Below are positions 1-10,317 of a stretch of 64,000 bases of DNA, piece by piece. Source of the stretch: an uncultured Thermoprotei archaeon (lineage in GTDB: Archaea > Thermoproteota > Thermoprotei > Thermofilales > B15-G2); assembly GCA_965367815.1 (NCBI GenBank), contig CBDUKN010000015.1:1-64000 (forward strand), read 5' to 3'. Position 1 is the stretch's first letter. Every line of letters begins with the position of its first letter. Position numbers and translations under genes: made by a program. Below the pieces are notes generated by a model. It was given only the letters and a program-made list of their open reading frames with translations. It made no database searches and had not been told where the DNA came from.

Positions 1-6
1 CTTGAG

Positions 7-810
7 TTGTCTATATACTTCTTGAAGGAAGGTGATGCGACTGAATGGGGTAATCCATACAAGCTCGAGTATCAGTTACTTCCCCCAAGTATCTTAAAGC
101 TTGATATGAAAACTGGAAAGGTTTTCTCGAGAAGTTTAGAAATAGGAAGAAGAAATGTCAATTACGACCCAGAGCTGGGTATGAGTCCTGCGCTATGGTG
201 GTTCGAGAATTACAAGAAAGATGTGATTGAGGGTAAAAAGGTCAAATCGCTTGCTTACAGGATTTCACATAATAACATTTACGCTGGAATTGGTCTTAAT
301 TGGCCAAATTGTAAGGAAGCTTATCAAGATGGTACACCTATACGAGATTACACGACACTGTTTCAATATCCTTCTGGTGGTATACTTAAAGTAATTTACA
401 ATGAAACTGATTGTGTTGTGCCGATAGATAGAGGTTATGTTACATGGTTTGTTGGTAAACGCTCACCACTTCCATTTGTTTCCGAAGCTAACCGTGGTTT
501 AGCTGCGGCTGTTGTTGATTGGATTAAAGGTATGCCTGCTACACGAATATTTGCAGATTATCCAGGATCTAACACTGCTCACGACCATGTTGTCAGATTT
601 GTGAACCACTATCTTCAGAAAAAAATCATAGACTTTGGATTAGAGCGTGGTTATGGCCAACCTGTCAAGATAGATGGAGTCATAGCTTTTCACCCATGGT
701 TATACGAGAAACCCCTATTTGAAGATTACGCCCTTAAAAATGATAAGCCAGATGTTTGGTACATTCATTCTAGCTGTTCAGGGAAAAATGTTGAAGGTTT
801 AGAAGGTTGA
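7..810 (+). CDS. hypothetical protein, probably 5'-truncated by the window edge
   Basis: 267-aa open frame starting at the window edge; no motif recognised; convergent overlap with the next ORF. Confidence 0.6.
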   Translation: MSIYFLKEGDATEWGNPYKLEYQLLPPSILKLDMKTGKVFSRSLEIGRRNVNYDPELGMSPALWWFENYKKDVIEGKKVKSLAYRISHNNIYAGIGLNWPNCKEAYQDGTPIRDYTTLFQYPSGGILKVIYNETDCVVPIDRGYVTWFVGKRSPLPFVSEANRGLAAAVVDWIKGMPATRIFADYPGSNTAHDHVVRFVNHYLQKKIIDFGLERGYGQPVKIDGVIAFHPWLYEKPLFEDYALKNDKPDVWYIHSSCSGKNVEGLEG

Positions 811-1462
811 GGAAATTCTTGGATGGAGGATCACATAGCCATGAATTTTCAAGTTTTTTACATTGAGCTTTTTGAGCGTCAAGCTCACCGGGTCCGGGAT
901 TACCAGTAGTAGCAGGTCCTTCACGAGTACAACAGGTTCCCGGCGTACAATCCTCATTTCTTTCACAAGGTCCACACATGCATTCATAAATTGTATATTT
1001 TGACGTTGATTTTTCAGGTACCTCTCCACATTCTTTATACCTGTTCGGATAACCTTCCGATTCACACGTTTCATGTCCACACTCTTCTATACTTCCAGGA
1101 GTGCAACATTGAGTATAACAAACACATGCTTCCTCATAAGTTCCGCAGCTTTTCACCTCGCCCCTCGTAAAACCTAACTCCCTGCATTTATCATCACACC
1201 ACGAAGCATCGTCGTAGACCCCATAATAATACTCAGGACATTCGAAACAGTCTACACAGTCGCTATCACAATAATCAGAAAAACCATCCCCATCGTTATC
1301 GAGATTATCGAAACATTCATCAGGACATTTTTCACGTTCCTCCTGTCCTCCAGAGGGAGTAGAAGGTTTACATCTATATACCGTTTTATCACAATACCAA
1401 TCTTTCCCGTAGACAGAACAATCTTCGTCATCACAACAGAACTTATCAGGTTTTTGCTCCAC
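770..1462 (-). CDS. Cys-rich, probably extracellular protein with a DxDxDG Ca/metal-binding motif
   Basis: Very Cys-rich; CFDNLDNDGDGFSDYCDSDC motif; ends in WLCDPP; no intact signal peptide in this frame, so it may be a fragment. Confidence 0.6.
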   Translation of the reverse strand: MEQKPDKFCCDDEDCSVYGKDWYCDKTVYRCKPSTPSGGQEEREKCPDECFDNLDNDGDGFSDYCDSDCVDCFECPEYYYGVYDDASWCDDKCRELGFTRGEVKSCGTYEEACVCYTQCCTPGSIEECGHETCESEGYPNRYKECGEVPEKSTSKYTIYECMCGPCERNEDCTPGTCCTREGPATTGNPGPGELDAQKAQCKKLENSWLCDPPSKNFLNLLNLQHFSLNS

Positions 1463-1747
1463 CTAAACCCAGGGAAATAGAACCATGCTACACTTCTTCA
1501 TCGCTTAGAAAACAGTTCATCATCACTATGCTTATTATTCCATCTACCCCTGACTTTCATCGCCTTTATTTACCCATATACTGCCTAACAAGACAATTAA
1601 GTAGCATACACGACAAGAAAAACATTAAACTAAGTAAAATAATTCTTTGACTAAATATCTTTAAAGTAATAATCTTAAGTAAAAACATCTTTTACTCTTT
1701 TTAAGAAAAATAAATATCTCTCAATCTACTAATTTTTCATAAAGCAT

Positions 1748-2143
1748 ATGAGAGAAAGCTTAGATAGAAGTAAGAAGAATACTATACTAACAGCAATATC
1801 AATAATTCTAGCTCAGGCTATGTGCACACAACATATTGAAATCGCTGAGCTTGAGAGAGAAAAGGCTAATTTTTTAGCACTGTCTAGGTTGCTTTTCTCT
1901 ATTGTAGTAGCTTTGATAGCTTTACTGGGCGCTCTAGTAAGCTTAAAACACGGATATGTAGTACTTTTTGGAGTGTTTACTATTTTATTTATTGTACTGG
2001 TAATAGTTGCACCTTGTTATTATAGCAGATTAAAAAGAACTGTTGTTAAAAACTATAAACAGTTGCTTATCTGCTATATTATGCTAATAATACTAGGCAT
2101 TACTCTTGTATTTGTGAGTTTGCGCATGCTATTGGGATGTTAA
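1748..2143 (+). CDS. small membrane protein
   Basis: 131 aa, ATG start, three to four hydrophobic segments. Confidence 0.6.
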   Translation: MRESLDRSKKNTILTAISIILAQAMCTQHIEIAELEREKANFLALSRLLFSIVVALIALLGALVSLKHGYVVLFGVFTILFIVLVIVAPCYYSRLKRTVVKNYKQLLICYIMLIILGITLVFVSLRMLLGC

Positions 2144-2329
2144 ATGAGCTAGAGTGGAGGAGCCTGGAACTAAGTGGAAAATACTTATGTTTAAATGAAA
2201 CTTAGGGAAAAACTGCTTAAAGTAATTCCTCCACCAAAACTAAGTAAGTGCACTAGATGCAGTCAGTCCACGCCAAATATTCTCGGCAGGGCATGTGAAA
2301 TTAGAATTATGATTGAGAAAGCTCTATGA
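2141..2329 (+). pseudogene. C-terminal remnant of a TtuA/Ncs6-like tRNA thiolation protein
   Basis: Manual translation gives LNELEWRS.. then MKLREKLLKVIPPPKLSKCTRCSQSTPNILGRACEIRIMIEKAL*, resembling the degraded C-terminal CxxC..CxxC Zn finger of this family. Confidence 0.45.
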
Positions 2330-2755
2330 GGCTACTTCAGGTAACGTTGGAATATCTATGGCATGTTTATCAAATATTCTTGGACTAAAATTTAGGGCAT
2401 ATCTGCCTGCTCTCTCTAAGTACTTTAAGTCAAAGTACTGCAACTCAATGAGAATATATGGAGTAGTCCCAGCAAAAGGGGGCAGTATACTTGGAATAAA
2501 GGGGCTTGAAAATAAGCCTAAGTGGTTTTTGAAGTAAAGGTAGATAGAGTAGGGGAAATATCTTTTAAAGAAGCTATAGAAGGCTGCGTTTATGTAGCGA
2601 GACGCGAAGGACTGCTCATAGGCTTGAGCTCGGGTGCTGTTACAGCGGCTTTCTCAAATTACGTAGAGATCTCAGTCCAGGTGTCTATGTTTTCATTTAT
2701 CCTGACGACGCGTTTAAATATATTAGCTATTTCGAGAAATATCTGGGATAGGTGA
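2313..2755 (+). pseudogene. cysteine synthase family (PLP-dependent) remnant, internally deleted and frameshifted
   Basis: EATSGNVGISMA motif in fragment 1 and ARREGLLIGLSSGA motif in fragment 2; the PLP-lysine region is absent. Confidence 0.75.
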
Positions 2756-2759
2756 TTGT

Positions 2760-3137
2760 ATGCTTACTCCTTTCTGTGAAATACTGTCTAAAAAAGTTCT
2801 TCCCGTAATGAGAGTTCTTATAGCCAAAGAATTGATTGAAAAGTATAATTTTACTCAGCTTGAAGCAACCTGTATTCTCGGGATAAGTCAGCCTCTTTTA
2901 AACTACTATCTCACGGGTAAAAGAAAAGTGAAGCACTTTGATGAATTATCTAGTGTTCCAGTTATTGTAGAGCTGAGTAAGAAAATAGCTGAAGCAATAG
3001 CGTGTAACGAACTCACTATAGATTACTTCTGTACAGTGTGTAAGACTCTTCACGAGCACGCTACAGAAATACTAGCGAAGCTAAATATAGATATTAATAG
3101 TATTTTAATTCCTTCTAAAGAGATGAAACAGTGCTAA
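2760..3137 (+). CDS. archaeal HTH transcriptional regulator (COG2522-like)
   Basis: PFCEILSKKVLPVMRVLIAKEL..FTQLEA..LGISQPLLNYYLTGKR pattern and C-terminal CxxC. Confidence 0.8.
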   Translation: MLTPFCEILSKKVLPVMRVLIAKELIEKYNFTQLEATCILGISQPLLNYYLTGKRKVKHFDELSSVPVIVELSKKIAEAIACNELTIDYFCTVCKTLHEHATEILAKLNIDINSILIPSKEMKQC

Positions 3138-3443
3138 ATCCATATAAAAATTAGAGAAATTTCTTCTATTCAATATAATTTACTTAGATAATGCACAGAC
3201 CACTCGTAGTGAGACTTAATAGAGTACTTAAAGAGCTAGAAGAAATCATTACTAAAGTGAAGACTAGCAAAATTCCTATAAAAGTTCTAGAGAGAATTCT
3301 TTCAAAGAAGTACAGAGTAGTTAAAAGTTATTGAAGAAGACTACGCCGGAGTAGAAATGTAAAAAGTAGCCAACTAGCTGTCTTGAAGTTTAGCGCTAAG
3401 GTTTAAGTAAAAGCATTTTTAACAACTGATGCTTCAGTTAAAG

Positions 3444-4222
3444 GTGATTGAATACTTGAAGGCCCCCCTTAGAGCCCTAAAAATATCTATCTCTCTTAGC
3501 ACTCTTGGAGTTGCTGTAAAACTAGCTGGAAGTATAGCTACGGGTAGCATAGCTCTGCTGTAGACGCATTAGACTCTTCTCTCAATATTTTTTCAAGACT
3601 TATTGTAAGGAAATACTATATTAGAGCTAGAAAGCCTCCCGACATAAAGCACCCCTATGGACACTACCGATACAAAGCGTATGCTTCAGTACTAGTGCTC
3701 ATAGTCATGGTTTTTCTGGAAATCTTTGCGGCCACTGCCCTACACGAAGTATTAGAGAACAAGAGAACAGAGCTACTAGATCCTATTGCAGTAGTTTTTG
3801 CAGCGCTATCTTTCGTAATAAATAGCATTTCTGTATATAGTATCTCTGCATGTACTTGGAAGAAAGAAGTATACAGTATTGCCCTGAGAACTGAAGCGAA
3901 GCACATATCAATAGATGTAGCTGAGTCAGCTACAGTACTTCTAGGCGTTATTTTTGCTACAGTTATTTCGGGTATATGGGACGTAGTAGCAGCTTTAATA
4001 GTACTAGGGTTTATTGCTTACAACGGCCACCAGACGCTACTAGACTTAAAGACATTTATATTAGATGTGAGCCCATCAAAAGAAGAAATAGATAAAATAG
4101 TAAAAGTAATTAATTCAATTGCCGGACCAAATAATGCCCATGACAGGCAGCATAAGTACTATTCCTTCACAAGTAGAAGTATCAGGACTGATGAAACAAA
4201 AACTAGTAGTAAGGCTGTTTGA
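3444..4222 (+). pseudogene. cation diffusion facilitator (CDF) transporter, frameshifted near 3560 and C-terminally degraded
   Basis: GTG at 3444 reads ..GSIALL*; the shifted frame continues DALDS..KPPDIKHPYGHYRY, the CDF signature, into ORF 3695..4222. Confidence 0.8.
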
Positions 4223-5358
4223 AAAAGTAGAGTAGGGCTAATATCATAAAGTATTCCTCCAACAATTCCTCCGGGAGTTCTAGCAAGACCTAAAATAAAG
4301 CTTCTGACTCCCAGCACTACTGGAATTACTTCTCTTGAGATTTCCTCTCCTCTCTCAGTAATATATGCTGTAGCTATAGGTCCCCAAAAGCTCATAACAA
4401 ATCCCATCATTAAGGCAGCTATATAGAACAGATTAATATTTCTCGAAAATACATATATGCTGAAATAAACTATTCCAAACACTTCAGATATGAAAAGAAA
4501 TATTTTTCTAGTCTTAAATCTATCGGAAACATACCCTGCTGCCGCAAATCCTACAGCTCCTACAGTACTTGAAATAAAGCTTATTATAGCTAAGTCTGTA
4601 GGAGTAGCTCCAATTTCTTGCGCCAAGTATATTGAAGTATACATAGATGCTATACTCCAAGAAAAAGCGTCTACGGCAAATACTATTAAACTATTTCTTA
4701 ATTTCTTAAATCTAAGTATTTTCGCTATATCTTTGAGCCCTCTAAAGCCAGCCTCTTCGACTTTCCCCTTAATATCATTTCTTAACAAAGGGAACAAAAT
4801 AATTACTGCTAGAAGAGAAAGAGCAGCTGATACTGCAAAAACTGCTGTAAACGACTCTGTGTGCTCGTAAAGATAGCTACCTATGAAAGGTCCTATAGAA
4901 GACGCTATAGTTCCTATAGACGCTATTCCTCCTAAAGCCATTCCTCTCCTAGTTTGGGGAGTAAATCTAGCTACAATAGACGACCTCGCTATCATTATAA
5001 AAGAGAATCTTGCAGATGAAAAGAAGTAGGCTGCTATAAATGTGTAAAGCGCCCATATTCCTAAAGAAGACAGCACGTAGAATATCCTTGACACAAATAA
5101 AATAGTTCCTCCTAGAGCAAGTGAGCTGAAATAGCCTATAATAGGTATTAATGTGGAAAAAGGTATTCTCAGAAATAGATTAACTACACTTGTAGCAGTT
5201 CCTATGCCACCGTAAACTTTCATGTCTATACCTAAGTTGATTATAAAGTAGGGTAAAACTGGTGTTATAACTGTGGCGGCCAAGTTCATTAAAAATACAG
5301 AGGTAATAAAAAGCAGCGCTCCTACTTTCTTTGTAGCTCTCATAGAGCTACTACACAC
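4159..5358 (-). CDS. MFS transporter
   Basis: About 12 TM segments; RRGMALG and GYVSDRFKTRK MFS loop motifs. Confidence 0.9.
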   Translation of the reverse strand: MCSSSMRATKKVGALLFITSVFLMNLAATVITPVLPYFIINLGIDMKVYGGIGTATSVVNLFLRIPFSTLIPIIGYFSSLALGGTILFVSRIFYVLSSLGIWALYTFIAAYFFSSARFSFIMIARSSIVARFTPQTRRGMALGGIASIGTIASSIGPFIGSYLYEHTESFTAVFAVSAALSLLAVIILFPLLRNDIKGKVEEAGFRGLKDIAKILRFKKLRNSLIVFAVDAFSWSIASMYTSIYLAQEIGATPTDLAIISFISSTVGAVGFAAAGYVSDRFKTRKIFLFISEVFGIVYFSIYVFSRNINLFYIAALMMGFVMSFWGPIATAYITERGEEISREVIPVVLGVRSFILGLARTPGGIVGGILYDISPTLLFQTALLLVFVSSVLILLLVKE

Positions 5359-5389
5359 TTAAGCACTCATAGCCCCTCTATTTATATTT

Positions 5390-6991
5390 TTAGAGAGGCT
5401 TGCTTTCAGCAGCTACTGCGAAGATCACTAAGCCTGCTGGAATAAGAATAGCTGACTCCAGTAATGGAACTATTCTGAGATACTTGCTTCCATAAATTAG
5501 CAGGATTCCCACGGGGAGAGTAAAAGCCATTGCAATTAATGCTAAGATGACAGCTAGTTTGACGACTAATTGAAAAGCCCGAGAAATAGTTACCTCTGTC
5601 CAGGCTGAAGGCACTTCAGGCAAGTACTTCACTGTGAGCGACGAACATATCAGTGCAGTCGAGAAAGCAGAAGAAACTATGAGAATGAATATAGATAGTC
5701 CTAAATACATGTCACCTAAAGCTGCTGATACCAGTATAGCTAGCGCAAACGCAGCAATAGTTGCTATAGGGAATATTGATCCAGCTTTAGCTAAGGCAAG
5801 TTTTCTTCTAGTAATAGGAAGATAGTATAGTACTTTAGCCCCCTCGCCTTCAATATAGTATAATGTCTCTGAAGTTAGACCAATGATTCCTCCTGCTAAG
5901 CCACATACGCCTAGGAATATAGCTAGCCATATTCCGCTAGTTAAGCTTGGGTTACGAGTAGTAAGCTCAGGTAAGAACGCTATAAAGGGGAAAACTACAA
6001 AGTAAAGAATACTCGCTAGACGCCTCGGCTCTCTTAGTAGTAGTAGTTTTATGTCTTTTGAAATAAATCCTTTAATTGAGCTTTCAACAGATATTTCAGC
6101 GTAACGCTCTTTGACGACTCTGAGTTTAGTTAAGACAGGGGCTCTTACTTTGAGTACACCTGCTTGGACTCTCCCTGTTAAGACACCCAGCCTTGAGACT
6201 GCAAAGCGGTAAGAGATGCCTAGAAGAGCTACACTCAATACTGCGGAGAAAAATGCTCCCTGAGGATTGTTCTTGATAAACAACATTCCTATAAAGGGAA
6301 TATAGGCTGCTACGCTGAGCTCGGCTAGGCTCATTACTTCAGAAACATAGCTAATGAGCTGGCCTGCTGAGTAAAATGCAACAAATACTATTAGCCACGC
6401 TAAAGTAGCGAGCCCTCTTAAGATACTTCTTTTCCTTACAAGCTGAGCATATGTTCCTAGCCCTAAGCCTAAAGCATACCCAAATACTATGAGAATAATT
6501 GATGCAAGCAGCGCAGCAATTAATAAGACGGGATCTACAGCTTTAAAAGCAGCTGCTATTAGTGGAGGAATATATATGAAGAGTACTGATGCTCCACCCC
6601 AGTACAAAAATAGTGAAAGTAAGTAAGCCTCGGCTATAGTTCTTTCGTCGAGTGGAAACATTACTAATAGGTCTACTAGGCGCTCGCCGACATAGACTGA
6701 TGTGAAGCCTATGCTAGTTAAAAGAACTATGAATAAGCCCATTATCATTAAGCCCGAGTATATTCCGGAAAACAGAAGTTCTGCCGCGCTAGGAGGAGCT
6801 ATTAGTAGTACTGCGGAGATAAGTAATGAGATTAGAGTAAAAACAGCTGCCCCTACTAAATTGGCTCTGACGGCTGAGGGCTTATATTCTCCCAGCATGA
6901 AGCCGAATACTCCCCTTTTACCAAAACTTCTCCGCGATCGATAAGATACTTCACGAGCCAGTACTCTAGCCAATTCTAGCTCTAATGTCAT
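5390..6991 (-). CDS. ABC-2-type exporter permease (large, two halves)
   Basis: 533-aa polytopic membrane protein with KDIKLLLLREP motif; directly downstream of an ABC ATPase. Confidence 0.8.
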   Translation of the reverse strand: MTLELELARVLAREVSYRSRRSFGKRGVFGFMLGEYKPSAVRANLVGAAVFTLISLLISAVLLIAPPSAAELLFSGIYSGLMIMGLFIVLLTSIGFTSVYVGERLVDLLVMFPLDERTIAEAYLLSLFLYWGGASVLFIYIPPLIAAAFKAVDPVLLIAALLASIILIVFGYALGLGLGTYAQLVRKRSILRGLATLAWLIVFVAFYSAGQLISYVSEVMSLAELSVAAYIPFIGMLFIKNNPQGAFFSAVLSVALLGISYRFAVSRLGVLTGRVQAGVLKVRAPVLTKLRVVKERYAEISVESSIKGFISKDIKLLLLREPRRLASILYFVVFPFIAFLPELTTRNPSLTSGIWLAIFLGVCGLAGGIIGLTSETLYYIEGEGAKVLYYLPITRRKLALAKAGSIFPIATIAAFALAILVSAALGDMYLGLSIFILIVSSAFSTALICSSLTVKYLPEVPSAWTEVTISRAFQLVVKLAVILALIAMAFTLPVGILLIYGSKYLRIVPLLESAILIPAGLVIFAVAAESKPL

Positions 6992-6995
6992 TGTA

Positions 6996-7754
6996 TCACC
7001 TATAGAGAGCTCTAATCACGTCTTCGTACTCAGGGCTGTATCCAGTCACCTTGAGAAATACTTCTTCGAGCTCTTTTGCTCCGAAAATTTCTTTGAGCTC
7101 GCCTGGCTTACCTTCGGCGACTATCTCTCCTCTGTGTATAATAAGCACTCTATCTGCAATAGCTTCGGCAATAGGCAGGACGTGAGTTGAAATGAGCACT
7201 GGTACACCCGCGTCAGCTGCCTCTCTTATCCACGTCTTCACTATTTTAGCTGCAACAGGATCAAGTCCTGTAAACACTTCGTCTAAGACAAGCGCTTTAG
7301 GCTCTCTTAGCATCAACGATGCTAAGAGCACTTTTCTTTTAGTGCCGTAGCTTAAATCTCCGATGAACTTGTCTAAATGTTCGCTTAGGCCCAAGAGACG
7401 TATAATGTTGTTTACTTTATCTTCGCTCACTTTTATGCCGTATATTGATAAAATGAAGCCGAGGTACTCTTCTATTTTAAGAGACTCGTAGATAACTATT
7501 TCCTCGGGCATAAAGCCTACTATTTTTCTGGCTTCAAGAGGATTCTCGGCGACATCTATGTTGTTGACAAAAACTTTGCCTTTGTCAGGCTTAACTACTC
7601 CTATAGTCATTTTAAACAATGTAGATTTTCCACTGCCATTAGGTCCTAGGAGTACTACTACTTCACCTCCGTTGACCTCGAAGCTAACATTTTTTACTAC
7701 AGGGTTTTCATCAAAAGATTTCCATACGTCGTTGTAAATAATCTTGCTTTCCAC
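6996..7754 (-). CDS. ABC transporter ATP-binding protein
   Basis: GPNGSGKST Walker A, LSYG signature, LVLDE Walker B, STH switch. Confidence 0.95.
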   Translation of the reverse strand: MESKIIYNDVWKSFDENPVVKNVSFEVNGGEVVVLLGPNGSGKSTLFKMTIGVVKPDKGKVFVNNIDVAENPLEARKIVGFMPEEIVIYESLKIEEYLGFILSIYGIKVSEDKVNNIIRLLGLSEHLDKFIGDLSYGTKRKVLLASLMLREPKALVLDEVFTGLDPVAAKIVKTWIREAADAGVPVLISTHVLPIAEAIADRVLIIHRGEIVAEGKPGELKEIFGAKELEEVFLKVTGYSPEYEDVIRALYR

Positions 7755-7791
7755 AATAACAGTATAGAAAGTATTGATTTAAGGCTTTATC

Positions 7792-7811
7792 AGGTCGATA
7801 AACCTCGACCT
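7792..7811. promoter_or_regulatory. short inverted repeat, possible terminator or operator
   Basis: AGGTCGA-TAAACC-TCGACCT between the stop at 7829 and the start at 7754. Confidence 0.3.
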
Positions 7812-7828
7812 TAAGTAGAGCAATTTCT

Positions 7829-8851
7829 CTAAATCGTCCTCAGCACGTCTCTAATGCACTTCATTCTCTCCTTGTATATCTCCTCTATCTCTTTAGTGAA
7901 CCACGATGCTTTGCGAGAAATTTCTAGAAGTTTTTCAAGCATATGCAAACTTTTCTCTAAGTGACCCTTTATATCGCCTGGCTCATAGTCGTATCCATTG
8001 AAGAGCCTAGGCTGTCGCTCGCTCCAGTCGCCAGGCTGATCTGCTCCAGGAGCATAGTAGGGCAACATTTCTCTCAGAACCTCTATATCTACTACTGCTC
8101 CGAGACACTTAAGTTCATGGCGCTCACTCCACCAGCTTTCATCGGGGCCATATAGGGGCATGTCATAGTTATTGTAGGCTAGAGGCGTTAAGTCCTGGAG
8201 AGCAAAAACATAGATTTCCTCTACTCCTACTTCTTTAGCATACTCAACTATCTTTTTAGCACCCTTCTCTGAAATAAATCCGTAAAGCACTAGCTGAGAC
8301 ACTGTAGATGAGCTACGTGAAACAAAGTCTTTTAGAGCCTCTACTGCAGAGAGACCAGTAGCTACAGTATCTGCTAGCAGCAAGGCAATATTACTTCTAG
8401 GCACAGAGCTGTAGTCGCGGTAAACTACCTTAGGTTTACGCTCAACATGGTCTCTAAAAGACCCCTCCTCATACTTTACTCTAACATATGCTTCAGCGAA
8501 ACTTTTACCTAAGTGTTTTAGTGCCTCGTGCACCATATAGCCTTTCGATGCTCGAAGAATATGTAAGAGTACTATGGGCTCCTGTACCTCTATGATAGAA
8601 AATAGTGCTTTCAGTGCTTTTATAGCAGCCCTTCTGTTTAACTCAAGGAACTTCTCTCCGACAATTTCAGGCCTACATGCGATGCTCCTCGACTCGAGTG
8701 TATCTACTGAGTAGACTTCTGCCGGAAAATCTACTTTGGTTTTATATACTCTTACATTTTCTTCCTTAAAAACTAGCTCTGTTAAATCAACTTTAATGCA
8801 GTTTTCTTCAATTATTTTATCTAGCAATGACTCAGGTATATGTAAATGCAA
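7829..8851 (-). CDS. type I phosphoribosyltransferase-fold protein (UPRT-like, divergent)
   Basis: VLLHILRAS and LLLADTVATGLS resemble the UPRT ILRAG and PRPP-binding loops. Confidence 0.6.
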   Translation of the reverse strand: MHLHIPESLLDKIIEENCIKVDLTELVFKEENVRVYKTKVDFPAEVYSVDTLESRSIACRPEIVGEKFLELNRRAAIKALKALFSIIEVQEPIVLLHILRASKGYMVHEALKHLGKSFAEAYVRVKYEEGSFRDHVERKPKVVYRDYSSVPRSNIALLLADTVATGLSAVEALKDFVSRSSSTVSQLVLYGFISEKGAKKIVEYAKEVGVEEIYVFALQDLTPLAYNNYDMPLYGPDESWWSERHELKCLGAVVDIEVLREMLPYYAPGADQPGDWSERQPRLFNGYDYEPGDIKGHLEKSLHMLEKLLEISRKASWFTKEIEEIYKERMKCIRDVLRTI

Positions 8852-8911
8852 GTGCCCTCCCCAAAGGATGACTTAAACTATATAAGTCTAACTCAAGTCA
8901 CACAAATATTG

Positions 8912-9523
8912 ATGAAAAAGATTTTATTAGTTTCCATAATTGCACTAATATTAGTATTAACTGCTTTAGTCTGCTATATGAGATATGCTAAACTTAAAGA
9001 AAAACCATCTGAAATAAAAATGTTGAACTTGTTGCTGTACCTTCTACAATTAAGAAAACTTCAGTTAAGTTATCGTGGACTGTTTTTCGGCTAAAATTTA
9101 CAGCAAGTTCTTCGCCTACAGTACTAAAGAAACTGTTTCCGAAGAATACTCTAGTTAGTAAATATATCAGTTAACGTCGTCGGCTCAAATAGAGCAGTAT
9201 TTACCTTCAGATCCTACTGGCGCCCTGAAGCTAAGTACTTCTGGGAGTTATGGTATATTAAGCGAGACCTACCTCCGGGAAAACATGTGCTGAAAAAGTT
9301 TTACCCTAAGTGGGCTATTTTCTTAAAAGATACTGAAGTAGAGTTCAATATAACTTGCAGTAAAGGCGCTGCTTCGAGCGAAGCTCTCTTTATACTCTTA
9401 AAGCCAATTCAAGTATCGGCACCCACTCTAATTGAAGTAGAAAATGCGCCTAACATCACGTGGCTTAATGTTAACTTAAATGAATATGGTGCACTTTTCT
9501 TAGAGAAAACTCCTCCAGGAGGC
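8912..9523 (+). pseudogene. 5' part of an exported or membrane-anchored protein gene, frameshifted and interrupted by the TnpB element
   Basis: MKKILLVSIIALILVLTALVCY signal anchor at 8912; the last fragment ends ..EKTPPGG at the element's left junction. Confidence 0.65.
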
Positions 9524-9652
9524 TTTTGAGTGAGTATGTTTGTTTTCTTTTGTTCCACTAGTATGGGAGTCTATAGGGTATTCCTAGTCATTAATTATAG
9601 TTCTAGAGAATTCTCACTAAACTAAAATAATGGGAAGAAATAGTAATTTAGT

Positions 9653-9882
9653 ATGAGGAAACTAGTAGGAAAAATGATGTGTCCACGATGCAGAAACAAA
9701 ATTGATAGACTTTTAGTTTAGTTATCTTACCCTTTGAAGGAGAAGTATGGCTCGTAAGAAACAACAAGTGGAAAATAGAGTTAATCAGCGACACAGCCTT
9801 CCAGACAATAAAATGTCCTGCATGCGGCAAAGAAATAGAATACATTATATTAAACAAACAAAAATATCAAGAAAACAAATAG
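9653..9882 (+). pseudogene. small Zn-ribbon protein (CPRC...CPAC), frameshifted cargo gene
   Basis: MRKLVGKMMCPRCRNKIDRLLV* then, after an apparent 4-nt duplication (TTAGTTTAGTT), ILPFEGEVWLVRNNKWKIELISDTAFQTIKCPACGKEIEY. Confidence 0.6.
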
Positions 9883-10317
9883 AAGAAATATTCCTCAATC
9901 AAATAAAAACAATATAAAATCACCGCTTCCTCCTATTCCACCAGTATAGAAATCTGTAGAGTACTCCTATTAAGCTTTCCTCTACAATAACTATTACTGT
10001 GTCTTTGTCTTATTAATCTATGCTCCAATCACTCTACTACTCACCTTAAACTCTTCTGGTAGCCTATACTTAAGCTACTCTTCGCTTTCTTGTAGCGGTG
10101 GCTCTTTGTCGAAGAAATTAAACTAGTTTTTAAACACATAAACATTTAGAGAACATAGCTTACACTTATACTACTGTATCTTGAGAAATATTTATTGCTG
10201 AAACATGGAATACTTTCAGTATAGTAAAACTTTTCCTACACTACTTAAATAGCCTCAAACAACACTATACTTAAATGAAGCGAGAGTAGCATGAATCTCT
10301 CCCAGTGAGGTGGAATT

